Shown here: piece after piece, positions 1 to 8,522 of the stretch
Layout of the letters: the number at the start of each line of letters is the position of its first letter
Numbering within the stretch: position 1 is the stretch's first letter
Source of the DNA: Planctomycetaceae bacterium
Lineage (GTDB): Bacteria; Planctomycetota; Planctomycetia; Pirellulales; Thermoguttaceae
DNA: 44,590 nt
Direction of reading: 5' to 3'
NCBI GenBank assembly: GCA_031289675.1
Contig: JAITOZ010000008.1
Location: 1-44,590 of the forward strand
Translations under genes and position numbers: made by a program
The notes under the pieces: generated by a model
The model's input: only the letters and a program-made list of their open reading frames with translations
The model's database searches: none
What the model was told of the DNA's origin: nothing

Positions 1-60
1 CTTACACTTACGTGAGGTCAATTTTGCAGCACTTTGCTGCGCTAACAGGAACGTAAACAT
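1..60 (-). CDS. First ~20 codons of a second DUF1559-family paralog that runs off the left edge
   Basis: ATG at 58-60 (minus) is preceded by GGAGAA. The codons [20 protein letters not shown] parallel the leader of the complete paralog that starts at 14262. Nt 1-41 are identical to 14203-14243. Confidence 0.4.
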   Translation of the reverse strand, partial: MFTFLLAQQSAAKLTSRKCK

Positions 61-121
61 AGCATTCTCCTTTTTAAAAGGCGGTTTTTCGCAGAGGCAC
101 AGTACCCCCGCTGTCAGCAGA

Positions 122-150
122 ATTGTAACCTATCAACAGACAAATGTCAA
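122..150 (-). promoter_or_regulatory. Sigma70-like promoter of the left-edge DUF1559 paralog
   Basis: On the minus strand: TTGACA (150-145), a 17-nt spacer, then TACAAT (127-122). It lies about 60 nt upstream of the ATG at 60. The same architecture is conserved at 14323-14351. Confidence 0.5.
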
Positions 151-182
151 GCGGTTTCTGGAATTTTTTTTTTGCTTTTTTG

Positions 183-220
183 AAAAAAAAAAAGAAAGAG
201 GCGGGAGTTCAAGCCCGCTC
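183..220 (-). terminator. Intrinsic-terminator-like hairpin plus T11 run, read on the minus strand
   Basis: Minus-sense sequence is GAGCGGG-cttgaact-CCCGC(C)TC followed by TTTCTTTTTTTTTTT. On the plus strand no T run follows the hairpin, so it looks unidirectional. Confidence 0.4.
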
Positions 221-285
221 TTGCGTGCTTACGAGATTGCGGTAGGTATGATAATAACGCAACCAATTTTTCTTGCGCTATCGTT

Positions 286-3200
286 GTGCGGCAGATGGTA
301 TATTTCGGATTTTTCAAACACAAAGGCAGGAAATCGTGTATAATATCGGCAGCGGCGTGTTTGTCGCTGACATCCCTTTTTTCCCTCCCGCCGCCCTTGT
401 TTAATGCTGTTTGCCCATACTGCTTTACGAGATACACCCTTGATACCTCGCTTCTTGGGAAAAAAGCATCGTGCAAAAACTGCCGGAAAATTTTTCTCCT
501 CGAAGACAGTTCCTCCACGCTGGCATCGGCGGCACAGAAATCTATAACCGATTCTTTCTTTGAAATTCCCACCCAAGAGACCGAACCGTACAACGACGAA
601 TCGGCTGCTGTCATTAAACCGAAAATGCCCTCCGGTGCCTGGAATATCGGCGATGTCATTCTCGGTATTTACGAGGTAAAGGAAATCGCTCCCCGCATAC
701 CGTTTGCTGCCGGCGGCATCGGCATCGTTAATCGGGTCTATCACCGGGAATGGAATATCGACCTTGCCGTCAAAAGTCCTAAATCCGAATTTTTTCAAAC
801 GGAAAACGGCAAAAACAGTTACGAAAAAGAAGCCCAAACGTGGATTGAACTCGGTCTGCACCCGAACATTGTAACGTGCTATCTTGTCCGGCGTATCGGC
901 GGTATTCCCCGCCTTTTTGCCGAATTTGTACCTGACGGTTCTTTGAAAGACTGGGTCAGCAGCCGCAAACTCTACGCCGGCGGCAAAACGGAATCTTCTC
1001 TGCGTATCCTCGATGTTGCCGTCCAACTTTGCTGGGGACTACATCACGCTCATCGGCAGGGCTTGTTACATTTGGACGTGAAACCGGCGAATGTGATGAT
1101 GGCAGGCGAAGTCGCCAAAGTATCCGACTTCGGCTTATCGCAAAGTTTGCTTGATGCCCGATTACCGAAAACGACCGATGAACCGGCGAAAGACGATGCC
1201 CAAACCCGAAGAGCCTACATTTTGGCAAGTTACGGGAACATCGGTTTGACACCGGGTTACTGTTCGCCGGAACAATTCAGCCTCGTCAATGCGATTAAAA
1301 AATTACAATTTGATAATCTGCCGAAGATGACGGTCGGTACCGATATTTGGTCTTGGGCGGTGAGTCTTATGGGACTTTACACCGGCTGTCCGCCGTGCAA
1401 GCGCGGCGGTCAAACTGCCCGGCAGGTTTGCGAGTCCGTTTTGAAGGAACCGCCGCCGAGACCGGAATTGCCGGAAATACCGCCGGATGTCGGTGAATTA
1501 CTGTTACAATGTTTTGAGGAAGCCCCCGCAAAGCGTCCGGCAACGATGGAGGAAATTGCTGAACGGCTCGCAAAAATTTACCGTAACGTTTCCGGTTCTG
1601 CGTATTTCCGCAGCCCGCCGATCAGCGCAACGCAAACGCCGGAAAGCATTAACAATCTTGCCGTCTCGATGCTCGACTTGAATAAACCGGAAGCGGCATC
1701 AAAGTTGTTCAGCAAAGCGTTGTCTTTGCAGCCGTGGCACCCCGAAGTCACATATAATCAAACGCTGTCGTCTTGGCGGCTCGGCAAGATGACCGACTTG
1801 GGAGTCATTGAGCGGCTGGAGATGCTCGTTAAAATGCAGCCGGAATCCTCATCGGCAATGTTCGCGTTAGGTTTAGCGCAGCGGGAGCGGGGCAACACGG
1901 CTTCGGCATTCGATGCGTTTTCAGACGCACTAGAAATTGAAGACCGCAGCGACATACGGAAAGCCGCTGCCGTAACAGAAAATCTGACCGATAAGACGGT
2001 GCGGTGTTTAGACCGGTTCATTATTGCACCGGCAAGCGAAGACAACGTGTTAGTTGACCGCAACGGCGATTTTATTCTCTATGCCTCTGATGAAAAAACG
2101 TTACAACTGCGGTCAACGGTATCGGGGCAGATACTCAATTCTTTTAAGGTGAATAAAAGTGCGGTTACAAAATCAGGACGGCTGGCATTAAGCGATGATT
2201 TGCTGCACGAATTATTGATTGTTGACGGTGATTTAGCCCTGCGCCGGATGGGAGCGAATAAGTATTCGAGTATTTTCAGCAGCACCGGCTGGCAGCGGTA
2301 TTTCGTCAACAAGGCAAAAAAACGTCCGCTGCAAAGTCTTTGTTCTTCCAAAAATTGGCTCGGTCAGGTAACTGACGACCGCGCGGTCATCACCAATGTT
2401 GCGGAGCGTAAAATCATCGGTGAACTTCTCGGACACAACGGAAACATTACAGCATTTGCGTTCAGTTCCGACGGACGCTTTGCCGTTACCGGCTGCGAAG
2501 ACCGCAACCTGCGTTTTTTTGAAATCCCGTCGTGCCGGTGTTTGCGGACTCTGACCGGTTTGCGGGGAACGGCTGAAGCCGTGTACATCGGTACGAATAA
2601 CCGGTTTGCTTTGCTGCTGGCGGCGGGCAGAGAATTGCGGCTTTGGGATATTTCCGCTCTGTGTTCGATGTCCTTTCACGCCCCGATTTTACTTTCGTAC
2701 ATTTCAAGCAGCGAAGAAATCAGCCGGCAGCAATATGAAATGCGGAATATCTGTAACATTATCCGCAAGGCTGCTGCCGATTCGGATTATGCGGCGGTAC
2801 TGCAAAATATTGCTCAAGCCGAAACGATGAAAGGCTGGAATGCGGCGAAGATTGCCTTTGAAACGGACGGAACATCGGACTCTATACGCCGGCACTGCGT
2901 TCGAGAATCGCTGCAATCGGTTTTATGTACGCATACGTTTCAAGGCAGCGAAGAACCCGTTTCAACGCTTGCCGTTTCGCTTGATGCCAATCTCGTTGCT
3001 TCTGCCGGACGGGATATGCAAATCCGAATCTGGAACATTGCCGAACAGAAATGCAGTGTTGTATTACAGGGACATCAGGACTGGGTTCGCAGTATCGCTT
3101 TAACAAGCGATGCAAAATTTCTCGTCTCCGGCTCTTGGGATTCGACAATACGTATCTGGGACATTCAGACGGGGCAGTGTATCCGAACGCTCGGCAACCG

Positions 3201-4050
3201 GATTAAGCAGATTACGAAAATCAGATTAAACCCGCAGGGAACAAAAATTGCGGTTGCGTCCGGCGACGGGACAATGATTCTTTTGGATGCACTGTCGAAC
3301 ACGGTACTCAATCAATGGCAGGCACATAACGGCGGCATCAATGATGTCCGCTTCAGCCGTAGCGGACATTACCTCGTTACCGGGGGCGAAGACGGCAAAG
3401 TTTGTCTTTGGCGGTGTCCGCTGCAAAACAGTACCAACAATAACGCCGAATTGCCGGTCAAGACGGTTTCGGTACATCAGTCCCCTGTTGCATCCGTCTT
3501 GCTGACCGCCGATATTTCACAAATTATTTCAGCGGATACGGCAGGCAAAATTGCTCTGTGGAATTTGAACAATAACCCGCCGCAAGCAGACCGGTTACAA
3601 GCGGAATTCTACGGACATATCAGCGGTGTTTCGGCATTGTCGCTGCTGCCTGATGAACGTTTTTTGCTCTCGGCTTCCAAAGACGCAACGGTACGGATAA
3701 CCCGGCTCTCGGATATGACGGAAGAGAAACGCATTGAGGGAAATCGGGCGGCGGTTTCGGCAATGTCGCTGGACATATCGGGCAGGCGGCTGGCAACCGG
3801 CAGCGAAGACGGTATCGTTCGGATTTGGGATTTGAGTTGGAACTTTATGTTTCCGGGCTGGCAGGAATTGCCGCCGAAGGCAGAAGCGGTACTGCGGAAT
3901 TTAACGTTGTTTTATTCGCCCGACGGTGAAACTATGGCGAAAATTGATGAAGCCGCCGAAAAACGTATCCTCCTCGAAATGGAGTACCGCGGCTTTGGGA
4001 CTATTCCGGCAGCGGTACTCAAAGAAGCATTGACAGCACTGGTACGATGA
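286..4050 (+). CDS. Multidomain Ser/Thr protein kinase: N-terminal zinc ribbon, kinase domain, TPR-like region, C-terminal WD40 repeats
   Basis: CPYC...CKNC zinc ribbon. Kinase motifs are LAVK, HLDVKPAN (non-RD variant of HRDLKPxN), DFG and SPE. The C-terminal half has many GH...WD-type repeats, for example LQGHQDWVRSIALTSDAKFLVSGSWDSTIRIWDI. The start is ambiguous: ATG 286, ATG 295 or TTG 397 just before the zinc ribbon. Confidence 0.9.
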   Translation: MRQMVYFGFFKHKGRKSCIISAAACLSLTSLFSLPPPLFNAVCPYCFTRYTLDTSLLGKKASCKNCRKIFLLEDSSSTLASAAQKSITDSFFEIPTQETEPYNDESAAVIKPKMPSGAWNIGDVILGIYEVKEIAPRIPFAAGGIGIVNRVYHREWNIDLAVKSPKSEFFQTENGKNSYEKEAQTWIELGLHPNIVTCYLVRRIGGIPRLFAEFVPDGSLKDWVSSRKLYAGGKTESSLRILDVAVQLCWGLHHAHRQGLLHLDVKPANVMMAGEVAKVSDFGLSQSLLDARLPKTTDEPAKDDAQTRRAYILASYGNIGLTPGYCSPEQFSLVNAIKKLQFDNLPKMTVGTDIWSWAVSLMGLYTGCPPCKRGGQTARQVCESVLKEPPPRPELPEIPPDVGELLLQCFEEAPAKRPATMEEIAERLAKIYRNVSGSAYFRSPPISATQTPESINNLAVSMLDLNKPEAASKLFSKALSLQPWHPEVTYNQTLSSWRLGKMTDLGVIERLEMLVKMQPESSSAMFALGLAQRERGNTASAFDAFSDALEIEDRSDIRKAAAVTENLTDKTVRCLDRFIIAPASEDNVLVDRNGDFILYASDEKTLQLRSTVSGQILNSFKVNKSAVTKSGRLALSDDLLHELLIVDGDLALRRMGANKYSSIFSSTGWQRYFVNKAKKRPLQSLCSSKNWLGQVTDDRAVITNVAERKIIGELLGHNGNITAFAFSSDGRFAVTGCEDRNLRFFEIPSCRCLRTLTGLRGTAEAVYIGTNNRFALLLAAGRELRLWDISALCSMSFHAPILLSYISSSEEISRQQYEMRNICNIIRKAAADSDYAAVLQNIAQAETMKGWNAAKIAFETDGTSDSIRRHCVRESLQSVLCTHTFQGSEEPVSTLAVSLDANLVASAGRDMQIRIWNIAEQKCSVVLQGHQDWVRSIALTSDAKFLVSGSWDSTIRIWDIQTGQCIRTLGNRIKQITKIRLNPQGTKIAVASGDGTMILLDALSNTVLNQWQAHNGGINDVRFSRSGHYLVTGGEDGKVCLWRCPLQNSTNNNAELPVKTVSVHQSPVASVLLTADISQIISADTAGKIALWNLNNNPPQADRLQAEFYGHISGVSALSLLPDERFLLSASKDATVRITRLSDMTEEKRIEGNRAAVSAMSLDISGRRLATGSEDGIVRIWDLSWNFMFPGWQELPPKAEAVLRNLTLFYSPDGETMAKIDEAAEKRILLEMEYRGFGTIPAAVLKEALTALVR

Positions 4051-4112
4051 CATACAATAATAACACGATTACACAACACAATCAGGTAAATAAATCATCA
4101 GACAAGTAAATA

Positions 4113-6221
4113 ATGGATTTTTCAACAATTTGGACGGTTACGTACAACGTTATTCTCGTTATTATCGGTATCAATGCACTGATTATCGTCCACGAATTCG
4201 GACACTTCGCCGTTGCCCGGCTCTGCGGAGTCCGATGCGATAAATTCTACATCTGGTTCGACTTCTGGGGACTGAAGTTTTTTAAGTTCAAATGGGGACA
4301 AACCGAATACGGACTCGGACTCTTTCCCCTCGGCGGATATGTCAAAATGCTCGGTCAGGAAGATAATCCCGGCGAACTGCGGAAAGAAATCGAACGTGCA
4401 AAACAACAAGCCCAAGAATCAGGCAGTGCTGCGGACAACGTTACTCCTGCCGCATTGCAGGAAGCCGTTTTTGCTCCCGACAGTTATCTCGCAAAAAGTG
4501 TTCCGCAGCGTTTGGCAATCATTGTTGCCGGTGTAACGATGAATTTTCTTTTTGCGATTGTCTGTGCTGCCGCGGCGTATCACATCGGTTTCACCGCAAC
4601 CGCTCCGGCAGTCGGCAGCGTTACACCGGGTTCATCTGCCTGGGAAGCCGGTTTGCAGGTCGGCGATAAAATTACCTCTATCAACGGTGCGCCGGCAAGA
4701 GTATTCACCGATGTCAATATGGCAATGGTCGGCAGCGAAAACGGGGTCAATCTTGCCATCGACAGGAACGCTTTGCCGCTCGAAATCAATCTTATTCCCC
4801 GAAAACGGAAAAGCGATTTAGCACCGATGATTGGAGTCGGTGCGCTGCCGACACTGGACTTGGCGGTGCCGGAAAAAGAGCCGGTACTGCCGCTCGCTAA
4901 AAAATACTACGCACCGCAGGTTATCGAATCGCTGAAAAAGAAAAACGTACGGATTGAAAAAGTCGAAGGTCAAAGCGTTAATAATTATGCCGAATACCTC
5001 GATGCGGTGATGCGGCACTTCGACAAGCCCGTCAAAATAGAGTTTCGCGGCGTTGAAGGCACGAAGGAGATACCGGCAATTCCGATGAAAGAAATTAAAG
5101 ATAAAGATACAGATAAAGCCGTCCGGTTCCGTATGGGCAGCATTACGTCGGTATTGCCGGGCAGCGATGCGCAAAAAAAAGGAATTAAGCCGGGCGACAC
5201 GATTATTTCGGTGGACGGTATTCCGGCGGGCGGTGATACCGGTTTCGACCCGCTGAAACTGCCGCAGATATTGTTACGAAAAGTGAATGCAGAACAAAAA
5301 TCGGTAAAATTGACGCTGGCAAAAAGCGGAACGTCTAACGAAGAGCCGGTAACGCTGGATGTCGAATTGCAGCCTGTCCGCATTTTGCCGAGCCTTAATG
5401 CGGCATCAATACGCGACCCCGTAGGCTCTACGGCGTTGGGTTTGGCGTGGAATGTCGAAGCAGTGCTTGACACCGGCGAACGGGTTACCGGCGTGGAATT
5501 CCGTCATTCGATTGCGCTCTTCCGCAAGAAAACATCGTTTGCCGAAAAAACGCCGGACGGCTTTATGCTCAGCGGCATCGGGAGCAAAATTGACATTCCG
5601 TACATTTTCACGGTGCTGCTGCAAAGTGCCAGAGTCGAAGAAAAAGAAGAGCAGGGAAGCGGCAGCGAACCGGCAAAGGGCGAAGTTTCTGTCCGTTTGA
5701 CTCTCGAAGACAAAGACGGCAGCACCCGAACGGAGGATTTTCCGATTTCAGACGCAACGGACTGGTTTAATACCGACCGCGGCTTTATCCTTGCCGACCA
5801 AAAGTCGGTCGTCAAAGTAAACAACTTCGGCGAGGCGTGTTGGTTAGGCACGCAAAAGATGATTGACTCTTCGCTGGCGGTGTACAAGTTTTTGAAGGCG
5901 TTGTTCAGCGGCGGCGTTTCCCCGTATGCGCTGGGCGGTCCCGTTTTAATCGTTGAGGCTGCGTATGATGTCGTCAGCAGCGGCTTGGGTCCCTATCTGA
6001 TGTTTCTGTGCCTGATAGGGGCGAACCTTGCGGTCGTCAATATCCTGCCGATGCCTCCGTTGGACGGCGGTCACGTGGTATTCCTGCTATACGAGGGGAT
6101 ATTCCGGCGGCAGCCCAATGAACTCATTCAGGTGATATTGAGTTATGCGGGTTTATTCCTGATACTGCTGCTAATGGTCTGGGTGGTGTCGCTCGATTTG
6201 AGTTGCATCCCGCGGTGGTGA
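4113..6221 (+). CDS. rseP: RseP-type site-2 zinc metalloprotease (M50 family) with PDZ domains, long form
   Basis: HEFGH zinc motif at the N-terminus, PDZ-like segments (GLQVGDKITSING, GIKPGDTIISVDG), and the C-terminal LPMPPLDGGH motif followed by a TM helix. Confidence 0.9.
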   Translation: MDFSTIWTVTYNVILVIIGINALIIVHEFGHFAVARLCGVRCDKFYIWFDFWGLKFFKFKWGQTEYGLGLFPLGGYVKMLGQEDNPGELRKEIERAKQQAQESGSAADNVTPAALQEAVFAPDSYLAKSVPQRLAIIVAGVTMNFLFAIVCAAAAYHIGFTATAPAVGSVTPGSSAWEAGLQVGDKITSINGAPARVFTDVNMAMVGSENGVNLAIDRNALPLEINLIPRKRKSDLAPMIGVGALPTLDLAVPEKEPVLPLAKKYYAPQVIESLKKKNVRIEKVEGQSVNNYAEYLDAVMRHFDKPVKIEFRGVEGTKEIPAIPMKEIKDKDTDKAVRFRMGSITSVLPGSDAQKKGIKPGDTIISVDGIPAGGDTGFDPLKLPQILLRKVNAEQKSVKLTLAKSGTSNEEPVTLDVELQPVRILPSLNAASIRDPVGSTALGLAWNVEAVLDTGERVTGVEFRHSIALFRKKTSFAEKTPDGFMLSGIGSKIDIPYIFTVLLQSARVEEKEEQGSGSEPAKGEVSVRLTLEDKDGSTRTEDFPISDATDWFNTDRGFILADQKSVVKVNNFGEACWLGTQKMIDSSLAVYKFLKALFSGGVSPYALGGPVLIVEAAYDVVSSGLGPYLMFLCLIGANLAVVNILPMPPLDGGHVVFLLYEGIFRRQPNELIQVILSYAGLFLILLLMVWVVSLDLSCIPRW

Positions 6222-6229
6222 GGGCAGAT

Positions 6230-7162
6230 ATGCAAATCGTTCATCCGTCCGAAGCCGAATTGGAAACAATGCTGCATTTGGCGTTCCGGCATTTGCCGCC
6301 GCAGGAAGCCGCCGTCCGCATCGGTGCCGTTTTGCAGCAGCATGAAGCCGGCACATTGCAATTCGACAGCCTATTTCTGGCGAAGAACGGCGATACGCTC
6401 GTTGCGGCACTGTACGCTCAAAGCCGACCGGATGGTTCGGTGCTGCTTTGGGTGCCGTCAATGCCGGCGGGGTACAGTGCCGAAGCGTTTTACGATGCCC
6501 TCGAAAAGTATTGTTGTAACGGAAATAAGTATGCCGCCGTGGCATTAGCCGATAGAAATCAACCCTTCGATGAAAGAACGCTCCTTGAATACGGACGCTT
6601 TGAGTTTCTCTCGGACTTGGTGTATCTTGCCGTTGAATTATCGCCGCAGGATGCCGCTTATCAACCGCAGCAGTTACAATTTATTTCCCTGCCGGAGATA
6701 CAGCAAGACACACAATCCGGCACAGAAGACGATACCGCATACGGGACATCGCAGCGTTTGAAAACATTGGTGAAGGCAACGTATGCAGACTCGCTGGATT
6801 TTCCGCAACTGATGTCGGTTGCGCCGGTCGAAAACGTGCTGCTCGGTTATAAAAGCGGAGCATTATTTCGTCCAGAACTTTGGTTTATTGTTCGGTATGA
6901 AGGGCGGGACATCGGCGTACTATTATTGACGGACGCTTCGCCGGAGCAGTTTGAACTGACATATATGGGATTGATTGCCGAAGTGCGGGGGCAAGGGCTG
7001 GCGAGAGAAATCGTGCGTTATGCAAAGTCGGCTGCCGCCCGATGGAACAAGATATTGCTCCTGACATCGGTTGACGAAAAGAATGTGCCGGCTTGCCGAA
7101 TTTATTTGTCCGAAAACCTTCGGGCTTGGGACCGCAAAAAAGTTTTTGCCCGTTTTTATTGA
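6230..7162 (+). CDS. GNAT-family N-acetyltransferase (two-lobed)
   Basis: The C-terminal segment GLIAEVRGQGLAREIVRYA matches the acetyl-CoA binding R/Q-x-x-G-x-G/A motif. ATG 6230 is preceded by GAGGG. The track's TTG at 6203 overlaps the rseP stop and is less likely. Confidence 0.7.
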   Translation: MQIVHPSEAELETMLHLAFRHLPPQEAAVRIGAVLQQHEAGTLQFDSLFLAKNGDTLVAALYAQSRPDGSVLLWVPSMPAGYSAEAFYDALEKYCCNGNKYAAVALADRNQPFDERTLLEYGRFEFLSDLVYLAVELSPQDAAYQPQQLQFISLPEIQQDTQSGTEDDTAYGTSQRLKTLVKATYADSLDFPQLMSVAPVENVLLGYKSGALFRPELWFIVRYEGRDIGVLLLTDASPEQFELTYMGLIAEVRGQGLAREIVRYAKSAAARWNKILLLTSVDEKNVPACRIYLSENLRAWDRKKVFARFY

Positions 7163-7191
7163 CTGTAGTTTTTCACTCCGAGCAGCGTGTA

Positions 7192-8292
7192 ATGAATATC
7201 CTCTGTCTTTCTATTGACGGGCTTCACAGCGGAATGATAGGGGCGTTCGGCAACTCTTGGATACAAACGCCGGCACTCGATTCTCTTGCCGCTCAATCCG
7301 TTCTTTTTGACCGGTACTATACCGATACGCTGGATTTATCTGCCGCTTTTACGGCATTGTCTCACGAGGGGTTTTTTAACGAAAAATTACAATTAATAAC
7401 AGAGCAATCTGTTAGCGGACAAGTTGCTCTAGAACATAGGCGGACGTTTTTCATCACGGATGATTCGGATTTGTATCTGCATCAGTACACGGATAATTTT
7501 GACGAGCGGCATCATCTCGAACCTTTTCACGATACCCAAGCGGCTGCGGTGCTGGATGAGACGCAATTTTGCAAAGCCTTTGCTGCCCTTACCGATATCA
7601 TTGACAGCATCAATCCCGATACGGAAGAGTTTTTTGTGCATTTACATCTTGAAGGATTCCGCGGCTGTTGGGATTTTCCGTTACATTACCGGATACGGCA
7701 TCAGGACGCAAAAGACCCGCCGCCGTATTCAAAAACGGTACTGCCGGACTTTACCGATGCCGACCCCGATACGCTGCAAAGCGTGATGGAAGCATACAGC
7801 GGCGGGATGAGCGTTTTGGACGAAGCGTTAGCGGGGTTGCTCGAATACCTTGATTATCTCGAAGATACGGCATTGATGTTCGTATCGACACGCGGTTTTT
7901 CGCTCGGTGAACACCGCCGGATTGGAGCGAATGATGACATTTACGGTGAAAACATTCACTTGCCGCTGATGATTCGTTTTCCGAAGTGCCGCTTTGCCGG
8001 TTACCGAAGTCAATCGCTTTTGCTGCCTCAAGATGTATTGCCGTTTTTAAGGACAGTGTCATTAAAGGCGGCAATATCTGATACAGAAATACTGGATACA
8101 GCCATACCGGAAGAGGTCGAAGCCGTTCATTCTTTTCTGCATATCGGCAATGCTCTGGTTACGCCGGATTGGTTTTATGTTCCGCCGGAGTTGTATGTTA
8201 AGCCGGACGACCGTTGGGAGGTCAACAACGTTGCCGGCCGATGTCAGCACGTTATTGAGGGACATCTCCGAACACTTCTGACCGCAAAATAA
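7192..8292 (+). CDS. Alkaline-phosphatase-superfamily (sulfatase-like) protein with no visible CxPxR formylglycine motif
   Basis: The N-terminus MNILCLSIDGLHSGMIGAFGNSWIQTPALDSLAAQSVLFDRYY resembles the sulfatase N-terminal metal-binding/beta1 region. No C/S-x-P-x-R follows it. ATG 7192 is preferred over the upstream in-frame start at 7093, which overlaps the GNAT gene. Confidence 0.55.
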   Translation: MNILCLSIDGLHSGMIGAFGNSWIQTPALDSLAAQSVLFDRYYTDTLDLSAAFTALSHEGFFNEKLQLITEQSVSGQVALEHRRTFFITDDSDLYLHQYTDNFDERHHLEPFHDTQAAAVLDETQFCKAFAALTDIIDSINPDTEEFFVHLHLEGFRGCWDFPLHYRIRHQDAKDPPPYSKTVLPDFTDADPDTLQSVMEAYSGGMSVLDEALAGLLEYLDYLEDTALMFVSTRGFSLGEHRRIGANDDIYGENIHLPLMIRFPKCRFAGYRSQSLLLPQDVLPFLRTVSLKAAISDTEILDTAIPEEVEAVHSFLHIGNALVTPDWFYVPPELYVKPDDRWEVNNVAGRCQHVIEGHLRTLLTAK

Positions 8293-8376
8293 GGATTCTC
8301 TTATTTTACTGTTGATATTTTTTACTCCGTAGGGTTTACGCCTTACACGAGACGATTGTCACCCCGTCAGACTGCT

Positions 8377-8407
8377 ATTCGGCTGCCGATAATCTGCCGA
8401 ATTTTTA
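8377..8407 (+). terminator. Possible weak intrinsic terminator after the sulfatase-like gene
   Basis: ATTCGGC, a 12-nt loop, GCCGAAT, then TTTT. The stem is short and the T run is short. Confidence 0.3.
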
Positions 8408-8522
8408 GCGTCAACACTCCCTAAACAAGAGTCTTTGTGATACACTTTGAGATGTACAGACTGTTATACGCGCAATTTGTCCGGCTGCCCAAGCCGTTCG
8501 TTTTTTCATCCCAATATTCTCA

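Larger units (their letters stand above)
1..161. repeat. Copy 1 of a ~160-bp direct repeat (promoter, 5' leader and first codons of DUF1559 paralogs)
   Basis: Aligns by eye to 14203-14362. A 41-nt identical block is followed by a ~24-nt divergent block around the ATG. The remaining ~96 nt carry about 6 substitutions and 2 single-nt indels. Confidence 0.85.

Noticed and set aside
198-220. GGCGGGAGTTCAAGCCCGC looks like a tRNA T-arm (GTTCAAG loop)
   Set aside because: The loop would be 8 nt, and no acceptor, D or anticodon arms can be drawn from the flanking A/T homopolymers. It is better explained as a terminator hairpin.
147-1026. Two long minus-strand ORFs (170 aa and 265 aa) at the left end
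   Set aside because: They are antisense to the well-supported kinase gene and run through homopolymer and intergenic DNA. Their products are low-complexity (R/F/G-rich) with no motifs. I treat them as shadow ORFs.
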